The notes beneath the pieces are model-generated. The model was not told the DNA's origin. It did no database searches and saw nothing but the letters and a program-made list of their open reading frames with translations. Both the position numbers and the translations under genes were made by a program. This document shows, in pieces, positions 22,815 to 34,323 of a DNA stretch of 64,000 nt. Numbering within the stretch: the stretch's first letter is position 1; the number at the start of each line of letters is the position of its first letter. The DNA is from Patellaria atrata CBS 101060. Lineage: Eukaryota. The stretch spans positions 62,001 through 126,000 of the forward strand of contig MU006109.1 of the NCBI GenBank assembly GCA_010093705.1, written 5' to 3'.

Positions 22815-24486
22815 CGAATACTCAACTGAGACTGATGGAACAAAATTGGATATCTTGAGCTTCACCTTCGAGGTTATGTACTGCACGCTCAAGTCTGTAT
22901 AATAAACCACAACGTCGAGGTTGTGAGCCAACACCAATGGTTGAGTTCTCTTCCCATGTTTACAGGTATGATTAACCGCCAAGAAGCACCCTCGATCAAC
23001 CTTCACCGGAGACGGAATTGGAACCACGAACCTCAGACTCGGACTTGACGTGCGTCTTCAGGGTGACAGTAGATATGCAGGGTCTGCGTTGGGTTTTTCT
23101 GCATATGCCAAAATGTCCGAGTTCTAGCTCGTGGGTCAAGTTGCAGTGACCCTATTTAAAATTACTCCCATCTGAAAGGCTAAATTCTGAGACAATGTCC
23201 CGCTGACCTTGAATTTCCGATAGGTAGTCGAGATTGTTCGTTGTATATTCGATAGCCTGGGGCGCGGTTTCATGCCCCACGACACTGCGGCAGTGCGGCA
23301 CAGCAAACAAACAATGTGCGAATTTCGCAAAACGAGCACCATGCTGGCGAACAGGTTCGCGGCTAATATGCTGGTTCAGAGGATTCGAAAGGGTCGATGC
23401 TTTGAGCGTTTCGAGCGCTTGTAGTAGCCATATTCGCTGATGATACTGGATGTATATTTTCTTCACGCTATGAGCCATCAATCAATGGAGATATCTCATG
23501 GGAGAACAAGAAAAACAATCAATAGACAGTAGTACATACTTTTACAACCACATTTAAGAGTAACCAGGTGCAAGTCTGACAGCAATCGCTGCAATAGAGT
23601 GTTGTGGCCATACCAAACCTTGATTCAGTACCAGGAGTCGGGAGAAAGCTCATGTGTTACAGCATGCGCCTTAAAAAGGATAGGGACGTTTTTGTACTTT
23701 TCTACGCAGTAAAAGGGAATGCGATACGTCTGCTACATCTGCTGTGCGATAAGGTTAATTGTTTAACAGCTGAAACTAATGTAGAAGGCAACCATAATTA
23801 GAAGTCATGACAGCTTGTACTATACCCTGCTGCTGACATGCAACATTACGTTTTACCATTTGAAGAGCAACCGGTGTAGAAAATGCTTGATGCTTCACAA
23901 AAAAATTTTCGTATCCTTTGAGTATGGCCTGATAAAGAGAGGGGGAAAAAATTGTGGTTTTACCGTCCCTATATAAGATTTTGAAGCCCTTCTAGGATTG
24001 AGGTCCTGAAGCTATTCTTGACCGAGTTCTCGCTGCGTCTGCGAGTAGGTTTCTAAAAGAGATCTCCCCTTGACTATTCCTGAAAAAATATTAGGCTGAC
24101 GGAACATTGACTAAAATCAACGTGAGGATAAGATCTCGCTGTACTGCTGTGGCCGGCATAGTGTTGGTTGTACAAGTCGAACACGAATGTTCTCCCTTCT
24201 TGAAGCGCGACCTAAAAAGCTTTTAATCCAACGGTCGCCGGGAGCTTATATCGTACTGGTGCTCCCTGGGCTACCATGCGAGGAACATATCAAGAATAAC
24301 GATAATAAGGGTGGCCATCAAAGACGAACCGAGAATTGAGAAACTACACCGATAGAGATAGAGAAGCCAAGTAAATGGAAAAATTCGACTAGTACCTCGT
24401 GATTTTTGTACCATATATCTTGCTCTACCATAATCCCACACCTGGATTATTCCTTACCTACACTCACCATGTATAACCTAGGATGA

Positions 24487-25284
24487 TCATCCTGAAGGTT
24501 TTCTCGGTTCCTCCAACCCATTACACTCCCCCACATCCAACGCGACCAGAAACCTGCTCACACAATTATATGCCGCTACCGTTGCTGTAATTTCCACAAC
24601 CTCCCTATCCGTGAACAGTTTTCTCAACTGCTCCATGACAGTGTCTAAAACCCGGATATCTTTTGTCATCTGGTCCGTGTACATCAGGACGGCCGCGTGC
24701 TCCCGATCAAACGGACCTGCTTCATTTGCGTCCACTCCTGCCGGTGATTCTAAGATATACTTGATGCCTTCTTCGGATACTACACCAGCGTGACGCAGGA
24801 GCGGGGCGTGCGCGTCCCATTCGAACCAAGCTTTGTTAAGGGCAGCTATTTGGCCGTATCAATGGAATTGGAGGGAGACACCGTAACTTTGCGGGTTGGT
24901 GGGCTCACCGATGCGGCATATGGCCGTTTCACGAATGCTTGTGCTGATGTTGGTTCGGTTGCGTATAGAGCCGAGGAAGGTGTTCCTATATAAAAGTATG
25001 ATTGTTAATGTCTAAGGTGTCTATGGTTGCGCTATGACAGGAGGAAAGTAGGACCCGAGTTACTTGAGAGAAATGAGTCAAGATAGAATGATGCTATCCA
25101 CATTGACGATGTATATAGTCGTAAAGCACGCTCACCATCCATCTGCTACGGGTGGAGAGTGAAGGAGGGTCAGATCAAGAGGGATCAGTCCTCTACCTCC
25201 TCTTCGTTCCTGTACGCGCTGAACAATGGCTTGATCTGCCTCGTTCTCAAAATTTGGAGGATTATCAACATATGGCAGACGCAT
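24487..25284 (-). CDS. Carboxymuconolactone decarboxylase / AhpD-like protein
   Basis: Three exons: MRLPYV...LDLTLLHSPPVADGW|NTFLGSIR...RETAICRI|AALNKAWFEWDAH...VVEITATVAAYNCVSRFLVALDVGE. Confidence 0.88.
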
Positions 25285-25471
25285 TGCGAACGTATCGCTG
25301 CAATTGAACAGTACGATGTTGAAGTAAGGTGAGGAGTTATCGTCTCTTTCCACTTCGGTAGTTCTAAATTCTAAAAAACGAGGCGGAACCCTTCCGCGTC
25401 CCTCGACGTCAACTCGATAACTTTTCTAAAGCTTTAATGAACACGTCCTTCAACGTCACATATTTCCCAAA

Positions 25472-26605
25472 ATGCCTCAGTCCCCCAGGAAATATACACC
25501 TAAACCTTCCTCAAAGCAGACGCAACCAAAAGCTAAGAAACCCTCTCCATCTGAGGCTGAAATCCTTCCCACGTATACGCCTACACCCCTACCCCCCCCA
25601 TCCCTCTCCCAAAAGCTCCTCACCACCTTCTCGACCGCATTTCTGGTATCTAACTCCCCAAACTTCAATTCCACCCTCCAAGCCATAAAATCCGACCTCT
25701 ATAACCGCAACTTCAACTCCGCCTTCGGGACCGAGGAACGACGGGCAGCGTACGCGGCAAGGTGGAGTGCGGGAAGAGCATTGGGATACCTGCAAGTCTT
25801 TAGGGATGTCGGAGAGTATATATCGGAGACTCTAGAGAGTAGATTGCTGAATGAGGAGGCACAAAATGAGTTAAGGGCGATATGTCTGGGTGGCGGAGCG
25901 GGAGCAGAAGTTGCAGCATTGGCGGGATGGTTGAAGATGGCGCGGGAAAATGAGGGAGAACGTAGTAGTAAAGACACTGCAATTACAACACTAAGCGGAG
26001 AACTAGAGAGTCTCGAAATCACCTCAAGCACTCCTCCCACCCTTGTCCCCTCCGAGCTCACGCTCTCCCTCACCGCCGTCGACTTGGCAGACTGGTCCTC
26101 TACGCTGCAACTCCTAACCTCCAACCTCACTCATAACCTCTTCCGTCATTGTTCCCATCCCCCGCTCACCACAAAATTCCTCCAACACAATCTCCTCCAG
26201 CCCCTTCCTACTCCGATCTCAGACACCATCCAGCACATCCACTTAGTCACCCTTCTCTTCACGCTAAACGAACTCTATACTGCTTCCCTGCCACAAACAC
26301 AGCGATTCCTATTCTCCCTTACCGAATTGGCTCGGCCGGGAACGCTGTTCCTGGTCGTCGACTCGGCCGGATCTTATTCGGAAATCAGTCTGGGTAAAGG
26401 GCAGAAGCGAAAATATCCGATGGCATGGTTGTTGGATCATACATTGTTAAGAAAGGAAGACGACGATGCAGATGGTCATGGTAATGCCGAATGGGAAAAA
26501 CTCGAGTCGGTCGGGTCACGTTGGTTCCGGTTACCGGCTGGACTGAAATATTCGATTGAGTTGGAAAATATGCGGTATCAGCTGCATTTGTACAGGCGGC
26601 TTTAA
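25472..26605 (+). CDS. BMT6: 25S rRNA (uridine-N3) methyltransferase, DUF3115 family
   Basis: AYAARWS, ICLGGGAGAE (SAM-binding motif), LLFTLNEL, VVDSAGSYS, YPMAWLLD, WFRLP, LENMRYQLHLY. Confidence 0.85.
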   Translation: MPQSPRKYTPKPSSKQTQPKAKKPSPSEAEILPTYTPTPLPPPSLSQKLLTTFSTAFLVSNSPNFNSTLQAIKSDLYNRNFNSAFGTEERRAAYAARWSAGRALGYLQVFRDVGEYISETLESRLLNEEAQNELRAICLGGGAGAEVAALAGWLKMARENEGERSSKDTAITTLSGELESLEITSSTPPTLVPSELTLSLTAVDLADWSSTLQLLTSNLTHNLFRHCSHPPLTTKFLQHNLLQPLPTPISDTIQHIHLVTLLFTLNELYTASLPQTQRFLFSLTELARPGTLFLVVDSAGSYSEISLGKGQKRKYPMAWLLDHTLLRKEDDDADGHGNAEWEKLESVGSRWFRLPAGLKYSIELENMRYQLHLYRRL

Positions 26606-26845
26606 AAGCTTTCACCACGTATGAGTGAAAGCCCCACGAATCTGCATGACATTCTGAGCGATTAGATCGTCTAGATGGAATATCAGGGATTAAGCTCGGA
26701 AGAATATCATCTTGATTTCTACGATACCACACGCACAAGCATGGAAGCACTTATAGCGTTTCAGTCTATATATAATTTTCACATCACCCTTTCCCTTAGC
26801 CCGCTCCACGAAACTGAGCCCTTAACCCAAAATACGTCCCCAAGC

Positions 26846-29479
26846 TTAGATGAGCTGTAGGAATGCACGGTTGATAGGCGAGCGTAGGGGCTTGACCTCC
26901 TTGTAGTAGTCGATGGTGGCAACGGCCCTCTTGGCGATACCCTCAGGGGTGAATTCGAATTTCTATCAGATAATCAGCTGGACATCCCTTTTTTTCACAC
27001 TGGTGACAGTATATCACATACCGCATAGACCTCCTTATACGGTCCAGATGCACCGAACCTGTTGAGGCCGAACTGCTCATGACTGTATTTCTCCCAACCC
27101 ATGGTAGACATGACCTCTACGCTCAAGGAGGGGATACCGTCTGGAATGACTTTGAGTTTGTACTCCTTGGGTTGCGCATCAAACACTTCCCAGCAGGGCA
27201 GCGAGACGACACGGGCAGTGATGTTTTTCTTCTCCTTGAGGTACTTGACCGCCTCCAATGCGATGGAGACCTCGGAACCCGTGGATACCAGGGTGATTTG
27301 CGCACCCTCGTTCTCAAGAGCGGTGTATCCACCCTTGATCGCATCACCGAGCGTTGAACCCTCGAGTTGCGGAAGGTTCTGTCTGGTGAGTGCGATGATG
27401 GAAGGAGTTTCCTTTGAGGTAAGCGCCATATAGTACGCTGCGCTGGTCTCGTTACCATCCGCGGGCCTCCACACCATAATGTTGGGTAGAGCACGGAAAT
27501 GGGCGAGAGTTTCGATAGGCTGATGGGTGGGTCCATCCTCACCGAGACCGATGGAATCGTGCGTAGCGATGTAGATGACACGTTGATGAGAAAGAGCTGA
27601 AAGGCGTACGGAACCAGCCGCGTAGGAAACGAAGTTCAGGAAAGTACCACCGGCAGGAATGATAGTACCATAGGCAGACATACCGTTCATGATACCGGCC
27701 ATACCATGTTCACGCACACCGTAGCGCATATAGCGACCCTCCCATGATCCGAGACCAGTGCTGGGGGGTTGGAAGTCAACGGCCTTCTTCCACCTTGTAT
27801 TATTTGAGCCGGTCAAATCTGCGGAACCAGAAATGAGTTCCGGGAGGACGTCGTGAATTGCCTCCAGAACGGACTCTGAAAGTTTACGCGACGCAATAGC
27901 TGGATCTGAGGGCTTATACGTGGGAAGCTTTTCTTGCCATCCCTCTGGTAGATCTCTTGTCAATCGCCTGGCAAGATCGGCACCGAGTTCCTTGTGCTCC
28001 TCCTTATACTTGGCGAACAGCTTGTTCCACTCCTCTTCCGCTGCAGCGCCCTCATCAGCGTGCTTGTGGTACATATCGTAGACTTCCTGTGGTACGACGA
28101 AGCTCTTTTCGGGATCGAAGCCGAACTTTTGCTTTACACCCTTGATGTCGTTCGACTTGAGCGGGTTACCGTGTACGCCGTGGGTTCCTTGAAGTTCAGA
28201 TCCGTAACCGATGGTAGTAGTGAGCTTAATGACCGAGGGCTTGTCCTTAACCTGGCGAGCCTTCTCGATAGCGGCCTCGATTGCATCAAGGTCAGTATCT
28301 CCCTGCTCGACCCACTGTGTGTGCCAGCCATATGCCTCAAATCTCTTCATCACGTCTTCGGTGAATGCAACCGCAGTGTCCCCATCTATGACAACACGAT
28401 TAGACTAATTTCGCCATGTAGATGTGGTCTTCCACTTACCGATTGAAATATGATTATCGTCATAAATGGCGATCAAGTTACCCAATTGCAAGTGACCGGC
28501 AGTACTGGCAGCTTCGCTGGCAATACCCTCCATAGCACACCCATCACCGAAAAAGACGTAGGTGTGGTTATTGATGAGGTCGTATCCAGGTTTGTTGAAC
28601 ACCGCGGCGGAATGTGCTTGCGCAATGGCAAGGCCAACGGCATTAGCAAATCCCTGTCCGAGGGGACCAGTTGTGACCTCTACACCAGGGGTATCATGCG
28701 CTTCAGGATGTCCGGGCGTAATGCTATCCACTTGCTACAAGCTCATCAGAGACCGTTCACGGACTGGTAAAGGTCGTGTGTACATACTCGGAAGTTTTTG
28801 ATATCATCCATGCTGAGAGCATAGCCGAAAAGATGGAGGAGAGCATACTGTAGCATGCAGCCGTGCCCGTTACTGAGAGGATATGGTCAGCGCATTTCCC
28901 TAATTGTAAGACACAAACATCTAAGCATCCACAGCACCACCATAGTGTTCTAAACACATTGTAGCAACGTATGATAAGTTTCGGAAACGCTTCTTGTTCT
29001 TAGAGATAACAGTCCAAAAGCAAAGTTGCTTATTTTGCCCATCTCCGCGGCCATGGCGGTGATGTAGAATGCGAGACCTTGGAGGACGGGGAAAGCCCGG
29101 AGATCCGTACTACTGAAAGATGACGAAACGGAAGAATATGGTACGTACGAGAGGACAAATCTGTCGCGATTGAGCCAATCCGGGTTCTTTGGGTTGAAGG
29201 TCATGAACTTATTGAAGAGGATGTGGGAGACTGGGGCCATTCCCATGGGCGCACCAGGATGGCCCGAATTCGACTTCGCTGTGGCATCGACCTTGGGGAG
29301 AGTCAGCAATTGATTCTCATTCAATCCTTGAGGGGAGATCTTGGGAATGAATTTCTGCAGCGGGGCAGCGGGGCAGTGGGAGTGAATGATATCGGGAGGA
29401 TTGGAGGGGTAGTTGAATGACTTACGGCGAGAATTCGAATGGTGTTGATTGCAAGCTGGTCTAAATCTCCGTAAGGCAT
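26846..29479 (-). CDS. TKL1: Transketolase
   Basis: [21 protein letters not shown]...[28 protein letters not shown] motif GDGCAMEG...[30 protein letters not shown]; about 5 introns; ends RAFLQLI at TAA 26846-26848. Confidence 0.97.
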
Positions 29480-30017
29480 CTTTGCGGTTGGCTTTGAAGT
29501 CAAAGAAGAACTGGAGTTTAGGAAGAAGAAAATTTGATGTAGGTGTTGAGAGAGAGAGTGCCGTAATTATTAGTAGTTCTCCCACTACCTTATTAGTCCC
29601 TGTGGTGGGGCAAAGCGCGCTGTCTCTTTTAGCCAGACCACCAAAGTGTCAATCGGCACTTTAAACCCTTAAGGTATGAGTAAGGCGATTAGAAAGCAAT
29701 TATGAGAATTGAAGAGGAAAAAGATATTTGATTATCAGGGAGGAATTGAATTGCTATCTATACTTTACTCTACAAATCACCGGAGATTTTCACCTTCTCA
29801 CAGTGCGTATAGAAATGCTCCATCCGACGGGCATTCCCAACACCAGACGGATCTCCGGAAAGCAGACACCGACCCAACAGGCATCCAACCCCGATGGCGA
29901 CGGCATGAGTTTTTCACCATGATATGAATGAAAGAGAGGAACATTGATCATTCATTCTTCTGCTGTCTCTGATGCTATATAGCTATCTACTCTTCTATGC
30001 CTCGTACTGGACAGTAG

Positions 30018-30042
30018 TGTACTGTACTGTACTGTACTGTAC
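30018..30042. repeat. (TGTAC)5 microsatellite
   Basis: TGTACTGTACTGTACTGTACTGTAC between TKL1 and the CFEM gene. Confidence 0.85.
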
Positions 30043-30263
30043 CAGAAAATTTCCACATTGGGAAACGCGTCGGAATAAGAAAAACCCAGGCCTTATAAAA
30101 TTCATAACTCCCGCCCTGACTCCGATCCTATCTTGATATAAAGGAACAAACGAGTGGGTATCTTATCTTACAATTGAAACCAACCAGCCAGAAACACTAT
30201 CGTAAATGCCCATTAAAAATGAAATGTTAAGAAGTATTTTTACAGAGGAAAAGAGAAAGAAAG

Positions 30264-32330
30264 TTACTGGACGGAAATGAATAACTCATCTCCTCGTCGC
30301 GTTGGCGTAAGCTTGGGGGCCCAAAGTGGACTCTTAAGCGCAACGACCTGCATGCCTGGGCTTTTTGTACCATTCCATTGGTAGTCAACGTCTGAATTGA
30401 AGCTTGACGGTCCATCCGTTCTGCTCGCCTGTCTCATGGTACTCTCACTGGCATCTCTGGTATGTTGTCCAGTGTACGTAGTGCCATTACTTGACCGATT
30501 AGCGTTCATCGTTCGGATGCTAGGATTGTTCGAATTCGTGATCCATAATCCCTTGCCCAGAACCTGTGCTGCATCGGGGCCTTTACGTCTCGACAAAAGA
30601 GATGATGGTTGTGAGTCGGTCTGTCGGTGCCCGCGCGGACTCACTGGACTTCTGGGAACAGCCTGATTCGACGCTCGTGGGATTTTGGGATATCGCAAAC
30701 CCGCTATAGGGGATTCTGCTACCGGCGAGAGCTGTTTATCCTCGTCATCCGGCGTCGGATCAAATGAGTCAGTCGATTCGAACGAAGTAACTGAACCTCT
30801 TGAGCTACGTCTGCTTGGATTGGAAGGTTTTCTTGGCGGTTGTGCCTGTTGTCGACGTTTTTGCTGCCGTTTGTCTTCCGAAGAAGTCCTAGCATTAGTG
30901 TAATAGTCGTCAATGTAGTCTTCGCTACCCCGAGGGCTCCGCTTGGGGACGGGTTCGCGAGAGTTTGAAGTTACATTGCCATTACCAGATTCAACTCGCC
31001 GAGGAAAGTTGAAAGCGGGTAATTGTTGAGAAGACTTGGGTGGAATATTAAGTGGAGGAGGGGGTTGAGGCCTTGGTGGAGGTGGCCGTTGAATATTACT
31101 AGGCTGCGGCATAACACCCCCGTTCGGTACCGGAATTGGATAGTCAACTCCGGGTGCTGTTAGAGGGTAATGCGGCGGTAACACAGATTTGCGTAGTGGT
31201 CCGTCTTCCTCGAAAACCGTCATTTGGGTCATTGCGCTTGCTGGTCGCATTGTTCGCTGGGATGATTCCTCAATCACGGGTAATGGTTTGTCCGGTAGTA
31301 GACGAGATACAGTTCTGATGCTGGCGATGCTTGCAGGGGTTCCGGGTTGCTCGATCTCCGGGCTCAACGCGATGCCGATCATTTGTGACTGTCTGTTCGT
31401 AGTGTAAGATGGCTGATCTGATTGCGGTTTCGCGCCGACTCTCGGAATAGCCGCAACTCCAACCCCGCCCGTGCCTCCTCTAGGATCTCTAAATGTATTT
31501 TTAGGGGGTTCGTATCGACTATAATCTGGCGTTGGTGTTTGAGGTTCTGGAGCAGCTTTTTCGGCGAGATACTGCTGGTTTTCAAAGTCTCGCTTCTTGT
31601 CTCTTCTTTTCACAAGAGCTAGTAGGATGATGATTCCAACAGCAACGATCACGGTCGCGCCACCTGCAACAGATATACCAACGATCTGGGAAGTGGTCAA
31701 AGATCGAGTCTCTGTACCACTAACTGTAGTATTGGTAGAAGCAGTCTCTACAGCAGACGGAGGTGCAATACTGGTCGGCAATGAGGTTTCCCTCTCTGGA
31801 GGGGATTCGGACGAGGTCTGAACAGGAGTTGATCTTGACGAAGAAGTAGATGTTGAGGAGGTTGAGGGCGACGTTGTTACAATACTAGACGCTCTGCTGG
31901 TAGATGTTGTAGTTGGTGGAATTGTTGCCTTAGAAGTAACCGACGTCGCACTTCTTAATGCATCGGTGATGACCAAAGTGCCGTGTGTTGGTGCAACGGC
32001 GTTTCTCCTTCCCACACAGATATTGTACACCGAGGCGGAGACGCTGGAGTCTTCATTGCATCTGGTATGAACACAGGCGAGAGCAGCTTCTCCCAGTGTG
32101 TATCCACCCTCGCTATATCTAGAGCAAAGACAATCAAGATCCCCAGAGTTCGAACAAGACAAAGGAAATTCGTTGGTGAGGAATGATGCCAAACAGGTTC
32201 TGGCACATTCTGGAGTTAACGCTTGAAGCGAGGGATGCAAAAGCGTATTTTCTGACTGCTGTGGAAATGCTGATGCTGATGCTGTGGATAGTGCAAAGAT
32301 GTAGTAACGTCTAAGATAGCTAAAGAGCAT
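30264..32330 (-). CDS. CFEM-domain single-pass membrane protein with S/T-rich stalk and long cytoplasmic tail
   Basis: Signal peptide; 8-Cys CFEM-like pattern (CARTC...C...CLC...CVHTRC...C); S/T-rich linker; TM segment IVGISVAGGATVIVAVGIIILLALV followed by KRR; Pro-rich tail ending LTPTRRGDELFISVQ. Confidence 0.82.
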   Translation of the reverse strand: MLFSYLRRYYIFALSTASASAFPQQSENTLLHPSLQALTPECARTCLASFLTNEFPLSCSNSGDLDCLCSRYSEGGYTLGEAALACVHTRCNEDSSVSASVYNICVGRRNAVAPTHGTLVITDALRSATSVTSKATIPPTTTSTSRASSIVTTSPSTSSTSTSSSRSTPVQTSSESPPERETSLPTSIAPPSAVETASTNTTVSGTETRSLTTSQIVGISVAGGATVIVAVGIIILLALVKRRDKKRDFENQQYLAEKAAPEPQTPTPDYSRYEPPKNTFRDPRGGTGGVGVAAIPRVGAKPQSDQPSYTTNRQSQMIGIALSPEIEQPGTPASIASIRTVSRLLPDKPLPVIEESSQRTMRPASAMTQMTVFEEDGPLRKSVLPPHYPLTAPGVDYPIPVPNGGVMPQPSNIQRPPPPRPQPPPPLNIPPKSSQQLPAFNFPRRVESGNGNVTSNSREPVPKRSPRGSEDYIDDYYTNARTSSEDKRQQKRRQQAQPPRKPSNPSRRSSRGSVTSFESTDSFDPTPDDEDKQLSPVAESPIAGLRYPKIPRASNQAVPRSPVSPRGHRQTDSQPSSLLSRRKGPDAAQVLGKGLWITNSNNPSIRTMNANRSSNGTTYTGQHTRDASESTMRQASRTDGPSSFNSDVDYQWNGTKSPGMQVVALKSPLWAPKLTPTRRGDELFISVQ

Positions 32331-34323
32331 ATTTTACAATTGCTACTCAAATGAGCCTTCATTCTTAGATTATGGAATAATTCGGTGGAGGGTCACGAAC
32401 CTGCAGACCGTTGAAAAGGTAGCATTAGGGAAATCCAAAGATATTAGGAAAGCCGGTCAACAGCTGAAACGTAGGGAACAATCAGAAGAAATGAGGAAAT
32501 GAAAGGAAGAGGGAAAAGGACGAAAAGGAAAAAGGTCAAACGAAAAACGTGTCGAAAAATGCTTCTAAGAACAAAGATTGAAGCTCCTTTCAATGTTGGC
32601 GGTAGGGTTTAGATATGTATAGAGGTCAATCACTTGACGAAGAAGAATGGACGCGCCGACGATGCGTCATTCGCAGTGAACCTACAGTAAAATCCCGTTT
32701 CTTAGCGCCTACATCCATCTTTGAGGAAGAAGGTTATAAGAAGTATTCGATTGAATGGTGTTTGTCCTACACCGAACGAAAAAGGTACGTCTTGCAACGG
32801 GTTATTAATGGCTTGTCATTGGTTAGCTAAAATAAGTGCAGCTCGTGCAGCGCTTAAAACTTATCGTCGGGAGAACATAAACACATCTCAAAGCCCCCGA
32901 AAAGCAGCGTGTGCATCGCATCAGTTGGAATAGAAGAGACCCGCTTCATTGCGTACTGTTGCTCTGAATCGACGAAAAGTGTAGATTTTGGGGGTGGCGA
33001 GGTATGAAGCATCTCAATGTTGTTGCAATATAATACCTAGTGGAGAGAGAGGCTCAACCTCGCCGAGGTCAGGGAAGCTATTTTGAAGGTTTGCTGCGTC
33101 AGCATTCAATTGTCCAGAAGTAAAATAAAATGTTGTACGGCAGATGATTGGCAGCGACTGCAGATAGAAATGTTGGTTCTAGTATGTTGAACGTGTGGAG
33201 AGAGATGGAGGATTTTCTAGGTACTGAGAGCATTCAGATGCCTTGGTAATTTTGCTGCATTTACAAATTTCCACGTGATCTCCTACCTGAACCCCGCATT
33301 TCACGTGATGGGTAAAGTTCTTTGCCGCAAGCGGCGGGGATTCCTCGGTTCCTTGATCCTCGGAGTCCAAATCGTTGGGAATTCGAGAGGGGCCACCTCA
33401 TGCACGAGCCACCGTTGATTTTTTGACGTCCAAGCTAAGGTAAAAGGGGGTCATATCAACAGTTTATACCTTACAGTAGCTGCATCTTTGATTGATCCTT
33501 TTCTTTACTACTGAAGTACGTCTATCATAATTACTACCCTGATGACTAGCGTGAATTACCTGCTTGTGACGTTTAGGTTTGCTCTATAGCACCAAAGATA
33601 CTCTCAATCCAGCCTTTGACGTAGCATGTCGTGCATATTCAACATGAAAATATCGGTCCAGAAGGCTGCAGAGACCTCCAGATAGGTACTCTGTAGGTCC
33701 GCACTGGTACCGGATATTGAATTCGTATTGATGATAGACGTTACGGAGTGCTTCAATTCCTACCTACTCTCCCCATTCTAGCAAAACTAATACGAATTGA
33801 CCGTTTTCTTTCAAGACCCACAAAATCCCTCTCGGCAATCCAATTTCTTATCTCTACCCTCTTCTTTCGTCCCTTTGTGAAGAGTACGAGAAAATTCTTT
33901 CAAAGCTGAAGTGACAAATCCCCTTATCGTTCTCTCGGTACAAAATTCCTTCCAGACATTTTCTTTCCATTTCTAGCTGTCTATTCTTCTACCCTTCCCC
34001 ACTTACTCCCTTTCATAACCCTACCACACCTCATGCCTGCCTGCTTTACATATACCTACACTTTGTACTACTAGCTTCTCACTCGTTCCTCTCATCATCG
34101 CTCGCTTCTATCCATATCCCGCCTGGGCTCGATAAGCTTTGCCATTGCAACTCTCACCAAAGCTTTAGTATCATTACCGTTCGTTCTTTGTTAATTCCAA
34201 ATCCCGTCTTCCGCATTTGGGCGGATGTAAATTTGATATTGTCAATACACTGCTTGTAATACTTAATTGTCCCGTTTTAAGAAACTCGACCTTATACATC
34301 AATCTTTTAGCCTTTCTGAATTC

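Noticed and set aside
28883..29147. Long transketolase intron as a possible snoRNA host
   Set aside because: No convincing C/D or H/ACA boxes seen.
34267..34323. TTG-initiated N-terminal extension of PRM10 in the ORF track
   Set aside because: No support for non-AUG initiation; an in-frame ATG exists at 34324.
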